NCBI GenBank assembly: GCA_004764695.1
Contig: SMSO01000007.1
Location: 1,929,270 to 1,993,269, forward strand
Length of the DNA: 64,000 nucleotides
Reading direction: 5' to 3'
Source: Schizochytrium sp. TIO01
Lineage: Eukaryota > Protista > Bigyra: Labyrinthulomycetes
The notes under the pieces were generated by a model, which was given only the letters and a program-made list of their open reading frames with translations, did no database searches and had not been told where the DNA came from. Made by a program: the position numbers and the translations under genes. Below are positions 12,050 through 22,689 of the stretch, one piece after another. Numbering within the stretch: the stretch's first letter is position 1; each line of letters starts with the position of its first letter.

Positions 12050-14049
12050 TCATGACGAGTACTTCTTCTCAAGGTAATCGCAGTACGCTTCAGCATTGAG
12101 GGGCTGACCAGTGACTCGCTGCAACAGCGATTGGATACCCATATCCATGCGCCCATGAGAGTGCACATTAGTTCGAAGCCAGTTGATGATGGGCTCGAAT
12201 TACCTGTCTCAATGCAGCTCTTGACTTCCTCAGCGCCAATCTCGGTCTCCATGGCTACAAAGAGCTGGTGTGCAGCGATGGCACCAATCGTGTAGCTGGG
12301 AAAGTATCCAAAGTAGCCAGCAAACCAGTGCATATCCTGAAGCACGTTCTTCTTGCCGTCATTTGCAGGTGGTGCCTGGCCAAGAAGCTCTTGATGGAGT
12401 TGGATCCACGCCTCCGGGAGTTGTTTGGGGTTGAGAGTGCCGTTGATAAGCTCGCGCTCCAGCTCAAACCGAGCAATGATGTGCAGAGGGTATCTCAACT
12501 CATCAGAGTCTACGCGAACAAAGGTCTCTGACTGAGCATTGAGCGCAGAGTAAAGATGACTGTCAAGTTGTGTGCGCTGCTCCTCGTTGAGGCGCCCATA
12601 GCCAAATGTCTGTTGGAATCGCGGCTGGATCCACTTAGAAAAGGCTCGGCTCTGGCCAACCATGCGTTCGAGGAAGAGGCTCTGCGACTCGTGCGTAGCA
12701 ATATCTAAAAATGTGCCGGCAGGCCAGCCACGGGCCGGGGCCCCAAGCTCGTAGAGCGCGTGACCAGCCTCGTGGAGTGAGCCCATGAGACCTTCTCGCA
12801 TGTTCTTTGGGTTGTATCGCGTTGTAATGCGAACGTCTCCGTCAGAGATCCCGATTGAGAACGGGTGCACGCTTTCGTCGAGACGGGTATTGCCGAGCTC
12901 TTTGCCAAACACAGACTTGAGCACTGCCTCTGAGAACTCCTTTTGCTTGGAGATCTCAAAAAGAGGACCCGTGCCCGCGTCAAGCACATATTCTGCCTGT
13001 GGTACGGGAGAATTCTTCTTCACGAGTGGTACAAGGCGATCCCGGAGAGTGCTAAAGAGATTCGCGATATCTTTCTCGTCAACGTCGAGAACGAACTGCT
13101 GCACAAGAGCTCCGTAAGGTCCTTCGGGAGCGTTGACTTTGTCAAAGCTTGCAAGAGCATCGGCTTGATCCTTGGCCACCTGCCGAGAGACATCCAGGAG
13201 CTCCGAGAAGATCGGTTCTACAATGGCCCACTTGCCCATCTCACGCGCCTTTGCCCATCGCGTAAGGCACTCGCTTTGCAGCTTCGTGCGATGCGCAACG
13301 AGGTCAGGAGCAATAGCACCGTCGAGGATGAGATCGCGTTGAGCTAACGTAACACTACGATTTTCAAAGGCATTGCAACATTTTTGTACAGCAGGGTCTG
13401 ATGCATTCTTGAGCAAGCTTTTGTAAGTTTCACTGGTGTTCATCTCGTGAATAACCTTGCTGAGGACACTCTTCTGCTTTCCACGAGCAGGAGCTCCAGG
13501 AGGCGGCATCATCGTGGATTGGTCCCACTCCAGAAGCGCAGAGACCTCCGAAAGTGCCGAAGATGTCTCCCAGTGCGCTTTGAGATCCTCTAGAGGCTTT
13601 CTGACCTCCGAAAGTGCCTTGACATCTTGCATGGATTTCTGAGGCCAATCATCACCGATTTGCTGGCCAGGTTTGGCGTTGGCCTCAGCCACGATGGTGT
13701 CCTGGATTTCCCATATACCAGCGTGTAGATCGTGGCTCTCGGAGACAAATCCGAGCTCTTTAAGAGAACAAATCATACCGTTAGAGCTTTGGCCACGCAT
13801 CTTAGCCTTTTTGATCTTGAGCTTGGATGTGCCAAGGGGCTCCGCTTTTGATGAGTCCAGGTTCGCAAGCTCAAGTTGGGCGCCTACGGGAGCCACAGCC
13901 ACGTGAAGACCTTCGCGGACGTTCTTGGCGCCGCAGATGATTTGCACGAGGCTCTTGCCGCCAATGTCCACCTCGCAAAGTCGGAGTTTGTCCGCATCAG
14001 GGTGCGGTGACACCCTCCGCACAAAGCCAAGCACAGCCTGCCGCTGCAT
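12050..14049 (-). CDS. tRNA-binding OB-fold (bacterial PheT B2-like) fused to M32 metallocarboxypeptidase
   Basis: N-terminus PHPDADKLRLCEVDIGG..QIICGAKNV..KAKMRGQSSNGMICSLKELG. M32 motifs LLEWDQ, HPF, DVRITTRY, HEAGH, HESQS and QDMHW..GYFPSY. A 1-nt deletion near 12198 hides the true C-terminus FEPIINWLRTNVHSHG...GQPLNAEAYCDYLEKKYSS* (TGA at 12050). Confidence 0.9.
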
Positions 14050-14868
14050 GTTGAATGTTTATCTAGCTAGTCTGCAGTCACCTATGTGCCGCACCAGAAG
14101 CTTGGCCCTGAAGAGTGGTTGGTAGCTCAACGACACAGCGAATAGCTGATAGCAGCCAGGGAAAGATGAGGTGTGACTGAGGGGTGTCAACGATTGGGGA
14201 TTGCAGATAATCGTGCAAGTGGTCGAGAGCGTGAGAATTGTTATTATTCTTGTTGTTACCAACTGAATTAGAGATTACAGTAAGACAAGGTATGATAAAA
14301 ACCATGAAATTGCAATTTGTCTGAAGCATACATACGCATTACTACTTCAGAAGCATACAAGGAGGGATTCAGGTGGCATACGTAGGTCGAGATTCTCATA
14401 ATTCTTCAATTCGAGTGTCAGTTGAATATGGAGGAGAGTGAGGATAGGGGGCTAAGGCCTCGATGTGGAGGATCCTCAAGCAATGGATTTGATGTGCGAA
14501 TGGTCATAGCGTTGCTTGGTAGAGTTGAAAACTCGTATCACTACCATGGTTATTTTTGTTTCATTACAATAAGTCACTTTCACTGGTACTTTGGAATGGT
14601 AGAACTAGTTTCAGATCAGAGCAATATTTGTATGTATGTGATCAAAAATCAACAGGAAACAGACTACTTGCATGACGGTCGAATGATCGTGCTGCAATGC
14701 TGGTAGGGAGCCTCATCTCAAATTCTGTATAGGTTCATTACCTACGTGTGCTGTCTTTTGACTTTTAACTTCTGATTTTAATTATGAGTAGGTTTTATTA
14801 CTATGGTGAGTCCACCTCTGACATTGTAGCCACAGCAAAGCGAGAACTCCAGTGCCTTGGCAACTGCA

Positions 14869-15132
14869 ATGGAGGCAGCTGAAGATGTCGCCGAGTGGAG
14901 GATTGCAAGAGTCATGGCGGCACTGGCGCTGGCAGTCTCACTGTTAACAGCAATAATGTATGTGGAGCTGAAGGCCATGCCATGTTCAAGACGACGGCTA
15001 AAGCACAGGGGAGGCAACACTGGGACGCGGAGCTCTGTGGCGAAGGCTAGGTCAGCAGGCCTCAGATTTGAGGACGATGTGGATGATGAAGATGAAATGC
15101 TTGTCGTTTATGCACACCCGGACAGCCCGTGA
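14869..15132 (+). CDS. Small single-pass membrane protein (87 aa)
   Basis: ATG ORF with one clear hydrophobic helix (VMAALALAVSLLTAIMYV) followed by basic and then acidic tails; GC richer than its flanks. Confidence 0.45.
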   Translation: MEAAEDVAEWRIARVMAALALAVSLLTAIMYVELKAMPCSRRRLKHRGGNTGTRSSVAKARSAGLRFEDDVDDEDEMLVVYAHPDSP

Positions 15133-16196
15133 GTTATAAAAGGAGTAAGACAGACAACTCATTCGTGTGAAACTCTCGGGCTCTGGAGAAAGTTGAGCTT
15201 CCATCAAAAGTGAGAGAGATAGACTTGTTTCTAAAATGAAGAACTCTCTGTGGGCATCCTTTGAGGAATTCTGATATAATATGGCGTGCAGACAGATTTT
15301 ATAAGCTTTCCATTCGAAGCGAGCTACAAGACTGCAAATGCTTCAAACTTCTTCACCAATCAGTGAGACCAGACCTCCGTAGCCGGTCATGCTACTAAAA
15401 AAGACGTAAAGTTCGGGAGTAGGTCAAGTCCTGGCCCACCTGCTGTGCAAAAACGTGGTGGATGTATTAAGAAATCTTGGGAACCATTTAACCTAGCCCA
15501 GAAAGAGCAAGATCTTAAACCCTTCTTCTCGAAGAGAGGGAATTTTATTTTTATCAATGCTCGTGCGCTTGATATTAACATTGTTGTTTTCTTGAAAAAG
15601 TGATATAGTCAAGATTCTTAGGAGGAAGGAATTAGGTTTCACTTCAAGCTAGCATCTCCCCCAGCAGTTTTGCGACAAGAAACATTGTTGGTATTGTTTG
15701 GTATGATTTTTAGAATAGCAGATGTGTATAAAAGCAAACTACCTTTTTTGTTCGTAAGGGTGAAAAGTCAAAAGTCAGGGTGGAGCGACGAGGCGTAAAA
15801 GGGTATTTAATTGTGAGATGGCTGATGGAATGAATGTCAAGTGATGAAGGCAGAGGGGAGGGTCTCCCAAACCCAGCGTTGCGCTAGCTTTATATATATG
15901 CGTGCATAGGCACTCGGAGGACTTCCTGTACGTACGCATATTATGTGTGTATATATGATATATCTTGTTCGTTGAAACAGAGAAATAGAATGGAGTTGAA
16001 GAAAGGTGTATTTTTTTTGTCCTTTTCTCAACCACATAATTCAAGCGCATAGGTTCTCACTTCAGTTAAAGGCATGCGGTGCACGGAAAAGAAGCTTTCG
16101 TGGTGCATCCACAACATTTGGCATTAATTGGCCGAGGCATGTGTAATTGCATGCACAGAAGCATGGCCTTTAAAGAATACATGCATGCATGCATGC

Positions 16197-18374
16197 TCAG
16201 GAGAAGAATCGGGAGAGGATACCCCCTGACTTTTCCTTCTTGGGCTTGCAGGAGGAGCCATACTCAGCGGCCAGAGCAGCCTGCTCCACAATCCAAGGGT
16301 GCGCAAGCGCGCGTTCGACGGAGAGCCGCCGGTCTGGGTCCACGGTTAGGCAACGACGGACAAAGTCCGACGCGGCAGGTGTGAGATCACACCAATCGTC
16401 CTGAAAGCGGAAGGGGGAGTTTTGCGAGGCGGTATAATCAGTAGCCTTAAAATCCCGCCATTGTTTCGTCTGCAAGTGCGGAAAGGGCAAGTAGCCTTGG
16501 AGAAGCACATATGTGATGACGCCAAGCGACCAAATGTCGGAACGAGCAGAGAATTGGCTTTCCAAGACAACCTCGGGAGCGGCATAGCTAGGGCTACCTA
16601 CTGGACGGCGGAGGCGGCCTGTGGCCAAGGTGCTACCAAGCGGGGGTGTGACAGCCGGCTTAGTGGGCAGATCACGGGAGTGACCGAAATCGACCAGAAC
16701 GAGGTCGGCAATATCGAGAGTAGCTGCGGGCCTGCGCAGCATAATGTTCTCGAGTTTGATGTCCAAGTGTGCAACGCCCTGGCTGTGAATGTGTTGCAGC
16801 ACGGAGAGGATGTCACGCACAGCCTTTGCCGCATCCGGCTCGCACTGGCGGGAAAAGTCATGGCAATTAAGAAATGAGAATAAGTCGCCACCGGTGCAGT
16901 ACTCGGCAACAATGTGAATATTAATGGGAGATTCAAAGGACTCCACGAATCGGAGGAGATGCTGGTGCGGCTCGAGGCGGCGCAGCACGCGAACTTCGTG
17001 GCGCACAGAACCAACGTCTTCCTTGCGAAAGTATTTCTGAAATTTGTTGCACGTCTTGATGGCGTACAGATTATCAATGTCTGCAAGTACTTCAGGGGGT
17101 AGGCCCTTTTCGGCTTTTTTACGGATGGCGGCGGATGACTTACCGGTGGAAGCGCCATCGATTTTATGTCCAATGCGGACCACGCCTTGACGGCCTTCGC
17201 CGAGGAAGCCCCGCGAACTCATATCAACCTCGTACTGGTCGCATAACTTGGGCTCGTGCATGGTCATGAGCTTGTCGGCGATGCGAGCACGCAGGTGCGT
17301 GAGGTCCACGATGGTGCCGCGCTTGTTGCTGTCGGCCGCGAGATTGTCCCTGCGCGTGACGACTGCACGTGTTGGGCGGATGCGTCCGTCTTTTTTATGG
17401 CCCCGCGATGCAAGCGAGACGAGAGGCATGGGTTTTGAAGAGTTGCACACGAATCGGTCAAGGGGTGTCTCACTGGTGAGTGTGTTTGTGGTTACCACTT
17501 TGGACTCCTCTTCCTCCCATGCTGACTCGAAAGGAGACGCAGACTCTTCAGGAGACACGCCCCAGCCACCATTTTTGCATACTGCAATGGCAGGCACAAT
17601 CCGTTCTGCAAGCATGTCCACTGGTGCGTGAGGCCCCAGCTTTGTGCATTGAATAGACGGGATCACCAGCCGCTGGAGTTCGGCAACCTCAAAGAGTGCT
17701 GCTCTCTTTGCTGAGCTTGCACGGTCCTCAATGTTGTCCTTAGCATTGCTCCCTGAGGAAGACGAGGCAGAATACCTTTGGCCTGATTTTCCTGTACTCG
17801 AATAATCTCCTGCAGATGCCGGGTTTTCACCAGCACTGCTCGACGATGACTCCGGAAACGAGATTGACGTATCTCTGAAGCTGCCGCCTCCTGATCCTCC
17901 ATGCTGACCATCCCCGCTATCTCCTGCGCCCTGTGAGCTTGAGCTCGAAGATTTGCAGCTAAATGCAGCCCTCCATGCATTTCTCGACACGAAGGTTTCG
18001 TTGGAGCTCACCTGTGCCGCAAGCTCGCTCCTCGTTGCAAGTCCCGCCCTCCAGAACGCCCTCGCCACATGCGTCCTCGAAATTCTCGACTCCACCTGCG
18101 AAATGTTTGCGTTTCCAGACGCCTCAGCAGTTCGCCACCCTCCGTGCACGTCACGTTCACGATAGATTGTGTGTCCTCTGCGTACGCCGCTTTGGTCCAG
18201 CGCGGTGGTGGCCAAGCCGCGCTTGGCGGCGGTCATGGAGGCCATGTACTCCTTGCCAGTCGCGCGAGCCGGCTCCGCGAGGCTATCTGTGCCGGGAGAC
18301 GTAGGCAGACCCCGTCTCCCGGCTCCTCGGCGTGCGGAGCAACCGCACGCGCGCACAGCAGCTCCCGACCGCAT
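16197..18374 (-). CDS. CAMK-group Ser/Thr protein kinase with long N-terminal extension
   Basis: FLGEGRQGVV, YAIK, HLDIKLENIML, LVDFG, GSPSYAAPE, SDIWSLG, RRLSVERALAHPWI. ATG at 18374 follows an acceptor-like GGGCAG; alternative ATG at about 18246. Confidence 0.92.
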   Translation of the reverse strand: MRSGAAVRACGCSARRGAGRRGLPTSPGTDSLAEPARATGKEYMASMTAAKRGLATTALDQSGVRRGHTIYRERDVHGGWRTAEASGNANISQVESRISRTHVARAFWRAGLATRSELAAQVSSNETFVSRNAWRAAFSCKSSSSSSQGAGDSGDGQHGGSGGGSFRDTSISFPESSSSSAGENPASAGDYSSTGKSGQRYSASSSSGSNAKDNIEDRASSAKRAALFEVAELQRLVIPSIQCTKLGPHAPVDMLAERIVPAIAVCKNGGWGVSPEESASPFESAWEEEESKVVTTNTLTSETPLDRFVCNSSKPMPLVSLASRGHKKDGRIRPTRAVVTRRDNLAADSNKRGTIVDLTHLRARIADKLMTMHEPKLCDQYEVDMSSRGFLGEGRQGVVRIGHKIDGASTGKSSAAIRKKAEKGLPPEVLADIDNLYAIKTCNKFQKYFRKEDVGSVRHEVRVLRRLEPHQHLLRFVESFESPINIHIVAEYCTGGDLFSFLNCHDFSRQCEPDAAKAVRDILSVLQHIHSQGVAHLDIKLENIMLRRPAATLDIADLVLVDFGHSRDLPTKPAVTPPLGSTLATGRLRRPVGSPSYAAPEVVLESQFSARSDIWSLGVITYVLLQGYLPFPHLQTKQWRDFKATDYTASQNSPFRFQDDWCDLTPAASDFVRRCLTVDPDRRLSVERALAHPWIVEQAALAAEYGSSCKPKKEKSGGILSRFFS

Positions 18375-20140
18375 CGTCCTCGAGCGATGGCCGACTGCCC
18401 AAATAACTAAATCGATCAATTCGCGATTCTGTTTCTTTCTTTCTTTCTTTCTTTTTCCTTTCATTCCTTACTTTTTTTCTTGTTAAAAAAATTAATTAAA
18501 AAATACTTTTCCATCGGTATAGAACTTCTGTTTTTTTTTTTTTGTATTTTTTTTGTATTTTTGTTTTTTTCAACATTTTCAACTCTAAATTAAAAATAGC
18601 CTTTCATGCTTAGGTGCGTATAATCGCGATGTTTGTTCCTTTCTTCAATGTTTTCTTCATCACAAGGTCAACAAAATCGTAACAAAAGGAGGTGCTTCAG
18701 TGCTAGCACGTAGCTACCTTAAACTATCGCCGCTGCGGTCTTCGATTGAAAGAATTGGAAAAGAGGGTACTAACACATAGTACGATGAATCTTTACTCGT
18801 TGTTTATAAAGAAATGAAGCAATGAATAGATAAAGAAACACATCAACAAATAAAGAAATAAGCTCCTGCTTCTGCACACGGGATCCCGCTCAAGCTGAAG
18901 CTCATTCCTTTCCCCCATGTGCACATTGGATCCGCTTGGCCTGCCTCGCTCGACCACCTTCAAAGCCGCCGCTCACTGAGCACGCGGCTCTGCGCCAGCC
19001 AGCCAGCCTCTCTCGACAGCCTTGAGGAGTGAGTAGCGGATGAAAAGAATCGCAAGAGCAGGAGAGGAACTTAGTTTCCCTGTAAATAGGGGGAACCTAC
19101 GCTCTCCTCCTTTCTTGAGCTCTAGCCTCAGATCACAGCTAGTCGCAGCTAGGCAGGTACTAGGAGGCAGCTAGCAGCTGCCCAGCGCAAAGAGCCTCCA
19201 CTTGTGCAGAGGGCGTGCCGCTATAGCCCATTGTGCGCCACAGTGAAGTATAGAATGCCCCACTGTATTGCACTGTAGACTATAGCCGGAACTCTGCGCT
19301 GACTGCACGCTTCCAACGCAGGCACCCACGGGAAGAAAGTCTAGTTGGCGGCCGTTTTGTTTCACTTTGGCCACCCTGAAAGCTCTACTGTAGGGGCGCC
19401 ACCACAGTCGGTTATTCGGCGCGCACACTATGGGGCAAACGCAGGTAAATGGGGAATGTGGGTGGCGCGGCCGCTCTCGCTAGCTAGCTCTAGCTAGCTC
19501 TAGCTAGCTAGGTATGCCTGGCTAGCGACCCGCTAGCACCTGCCTACGCCCTCGTAGCAGTTTGGAGATGCGGCGGCTTTGAGAAGTTAACATCTTTCAG
19601 CAAGTTGGGCAAAAACTCAGGCCAAAAAGAATCGCTCATGCCTTGGTTTAGACAAAAGTTGGTTTAGACACGAGCAGCGGGCGTACCTGGTTCTTTCTAC
19701 GTGGCTGGCTACCTATCACATCTCCCTCAGCTTTTTTTACAAACTCAGGTCCCTAGATAAAATCAGATCCGAGGCGGCTGCGATTCTTGTTATTATTTTT
19801 ACTACTCTTCTTCTCATCATATTGTCATCATTATCATTCAACCAATCCTCAAAGTCATCTCTGTGGAGAAGAAAGACGAAGAGAACTCGCGCAATTCCAA
19901 GTCATCTCAGAGAGAGAGATATGGGAGGTACGCTTCTTGCGAAGTTGTGGTCTCTCATTCAGGTTTCTTGGAGTTTTGGGGAGCAAGTGCTTCACATGAT
20001 GACTAATACAGCAGATAAAGCAAACCAACACATCAACTCATCAACGTAAAAGCTGATTCATCCATTCATCCCTGATCCATCAATCGATCGCGAAGTATGC
20101 GTGAATGAATAAAGAATAAAACAAAACCAACGAGAATGAG

Positions 20141-20143
<3 letters not shown>

Positions 20144-20195
<52 letters not shown>

Positions 20196-20327
20196 GTCTC
20201 TGCCTCCGTCTTCCCTCGCTCGCTCTCCTCTGACGTGACGGAGGCGTCCTCGGGACGGCAGGATATCGGCCGCAGCCGCCTTCGCAGACAGAGAGAGAGA
20301 GACTCATATCTGTCTACATACACACGC

Positions 20328-20362
<35 letters not shown>
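20144..20362. repeat. (TC)n and (GA)n microsatellites
   Basis: (TC)n at 20144-20192 and (GA)n at 20329-20362. Confidence 0.9.
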
Positions 20363-20366
<4 letters not shown>

Positions 20367-20499
20367 GCTTCGTCAGCGGACGCCGTCGAATCCTCACGGT
20401 TCCCTTGGAAGGGTGTCGAGATTGATGGAAAGAGAGGATTCAAGCATGCATTCTGAGCAGTTGATTGAGTGTTTCCTTTCCATTGCTGTTTCATCCATT

Positions 20500-20625
20500 C
20501 CAGTTGGTTGATTGATTGATTGATTGATTCGTTCGTTCGTTCATTTATTGTAATTGATTTATTGTAATTGATTGATTGATTCGTTCCAATTGCTTCATTC
20601 ATTCATTCTGGTTGGTTGGTTGATT
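20500..20625. repeat. Mixed (ATTG)/(TTCG)/(GTTG) tetranucleotide tract
   Basis: Direct reading of the sequence. Confidence 0.8.
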
Positions 20626-21113
20626 GTAATGGATAGATTGTAATGGATTGCTGTATTCATGGATGGTACTTGGTACGGTCAGGGATGGAACTGGTTCGAG
20701 ATTGCGAATAAATGAAAGTGTTCCTTCTTCGCTCGCCTTCAAGAACGTGGACGACGATGACGCTGCTGCTGACGACGCCGCCGGCAAGAAACGAACGCGA
20801 TGCCCGCGAACGAGTGGACCTGGAGCCGGGGTGCAGGCAGATAGATAGATCTTCTTCTCTGTGGCACCTGCTTTCCGCCAGACTCTTCTTTCTGGGGGCG
20901 GGCGTGGCTCTTGCTACGTGGAGGAGACCTTGTTTCAGGCCGTGCGAGGCGGCATCGTCGCAGCAGTGGTCCGTGATGGGCGGCGGATCAAAGCCCTCGT
21001 TTCCTCGACTTCGGGCGACGATGGAATGAATGCGCAAGAATCTATCAGAGTTGGTGCTTTCAAGAACTGCGGCACAGCAGCCATTTATTTCGTTTAGCTC
21101 ATTTAGTTCATCA

Positions 21114-21293
21114 AGACATTCTTCGGATGACATCACTCTTCAAAGGTCACTCTTCGAATGACATCACTCTTCGAATGACATCACTCTTCGAATGAATGAT
21201 ACTCTTCGAATGACATCACTCTTCGAATGAATGATACTCTTCGAATGACAGATATTCTTCGAATATAATTCGTTGAATGACAGACACTCTTCG
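21114..21293. repeat. 17/18-bp minisatellite, about 10 units (TGACATCACTCTTCGAA / TGAATGATACTCTTCGAA)
   Basis: Tandem units directly visible, degenerate at both ends. Confidence 0.85.
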
Positions 21294-22009
21294 CACAACG
21301 ATGGCTTCGAATGGCGGCTTGGGCTGTGCTGCCTTTCAGCCACAGCTGCTGCTACCGTCACAACGAAGGTTCAGGCGAAGCCAGATGCCTTCGCGTTGGG
21401 AACGACTTGCTTGGAGAGCGCAAAGGAAACGTCGAGGCAAGATCGAAGCTTGGCATCGTTTCGTTTCTTCACATCGCATCAGCGCTTGACGGATTGGGCT
21501 CTCTCTGACTGCGCCTGATTTGGGTTGGCATTTTTTTAAGATTTTTATTTTTTTGAAGTTAAAAATAAAATAAAAATGTTAAAATACGCTGTGTTAGAAT
21601 AAAAAACTCTCTCAGGAGCATTTGAAGTATATTCACTGTGAATATGGAGGACCTACTTTGATAGATAGATATAAATACTTTTAACATTCTATAAAATTGA
21701 TTTCAACTATTTTTGTAAATTAGAATATAAATTCAACAATAAGAATGAATTCACAGTCTCCTTGACTCACGAATTCCCGGCATTGAAATGTGAATCTGAC
21801 GGACCCGCTGTGGTCACAGGTGATTGCTAGGAGTAGCTAGAGAGCTTATTTTGAAGCACGTAAGTATCAATCTCTCAACCTCTCAATCAATCTATCAATC
21901 TATCTATCTATCGATCTATCGATCAATGTATCTACGGGAGCAATTAATACAAACTAAACTAGGAAACCAAGTCGCGATAACTTATAACCGTTGCACGCAG
22001 CGAAGAAAG

Positions 22010-22258
22010 TGCATATTGTAGGCACCCGGACCTTGATCTTGGCACTTTGTAGACCTTTTGTTGGGTGCTGTGATACTGATCAAGCAATTGCACTGGAGTG
22101 TTGGCTGGGTGGCGAATGGCGAGGAAGGCGTGGTGTGTACTTTGCTAAAGCGATATGTAGATGTTATTGCACTCGCTGTCGCTGTCTTTGTGGAGGTACC
22201 TACGTCGCGGGAGGAATGGCAAAGGCTGTATATTGAAGATATCTGCCTCGCCACATAG
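22010..22258 (+). pseudogene. Possible Pif1/RecD-like helicase remnant (2B domain)
   Basis: LGAVILIKQLHWSVGWVANGEEGVVCTL resembles the Pif1 motif [27 protein letters not shown]; no P-loop seen. Confidence 0.25.
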
Positions 22259-22689
22259 ATTGTGGCGAAGGCTTTTGGCGAAGGCTTTTCTTTTCTTCAT
22301 AATAAGATAGATACCCTGGCAACGTTGCCATCAATGGTTGCAGGTACTACGTAAATACCTAAATAACGGTAAGAAGTTATGGCCAGAAAAGGTGTTCACG
22401 GGGCTAGCGAGAGTATCATTCTAAAAAGTCTTGCGTGCACAAAACGAGAGATCATTATTATCAGATTATCTAATCATCACCGCGTGGCCACTTTTAACTG
22501 ATGAGCTGCTGCTATCTATCTAGCAGACCGCAGTGGCTAATAAAACCACCTGCTCCATAACGCACGACCCCACTTTCTATAGGCTCGGAAAGCGAAGTCT
22601 TATGTACCACATAAAGAATTCAGAATGGCTTCGCACTATTTGCACTAAGATGGTACTTATATAGTAGCCATCCTAGTAATATCTTTCAT

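Noticed and set aside
20066-20602. ORFs with ERERER, SLSLSL and INQS runs
   Set aside because: Translations of microsatellites
21114-21293. CRISPR-like array
   Set aside because: Units abut with no unique spacers, there are no cas genes, and the context is eukaryotic
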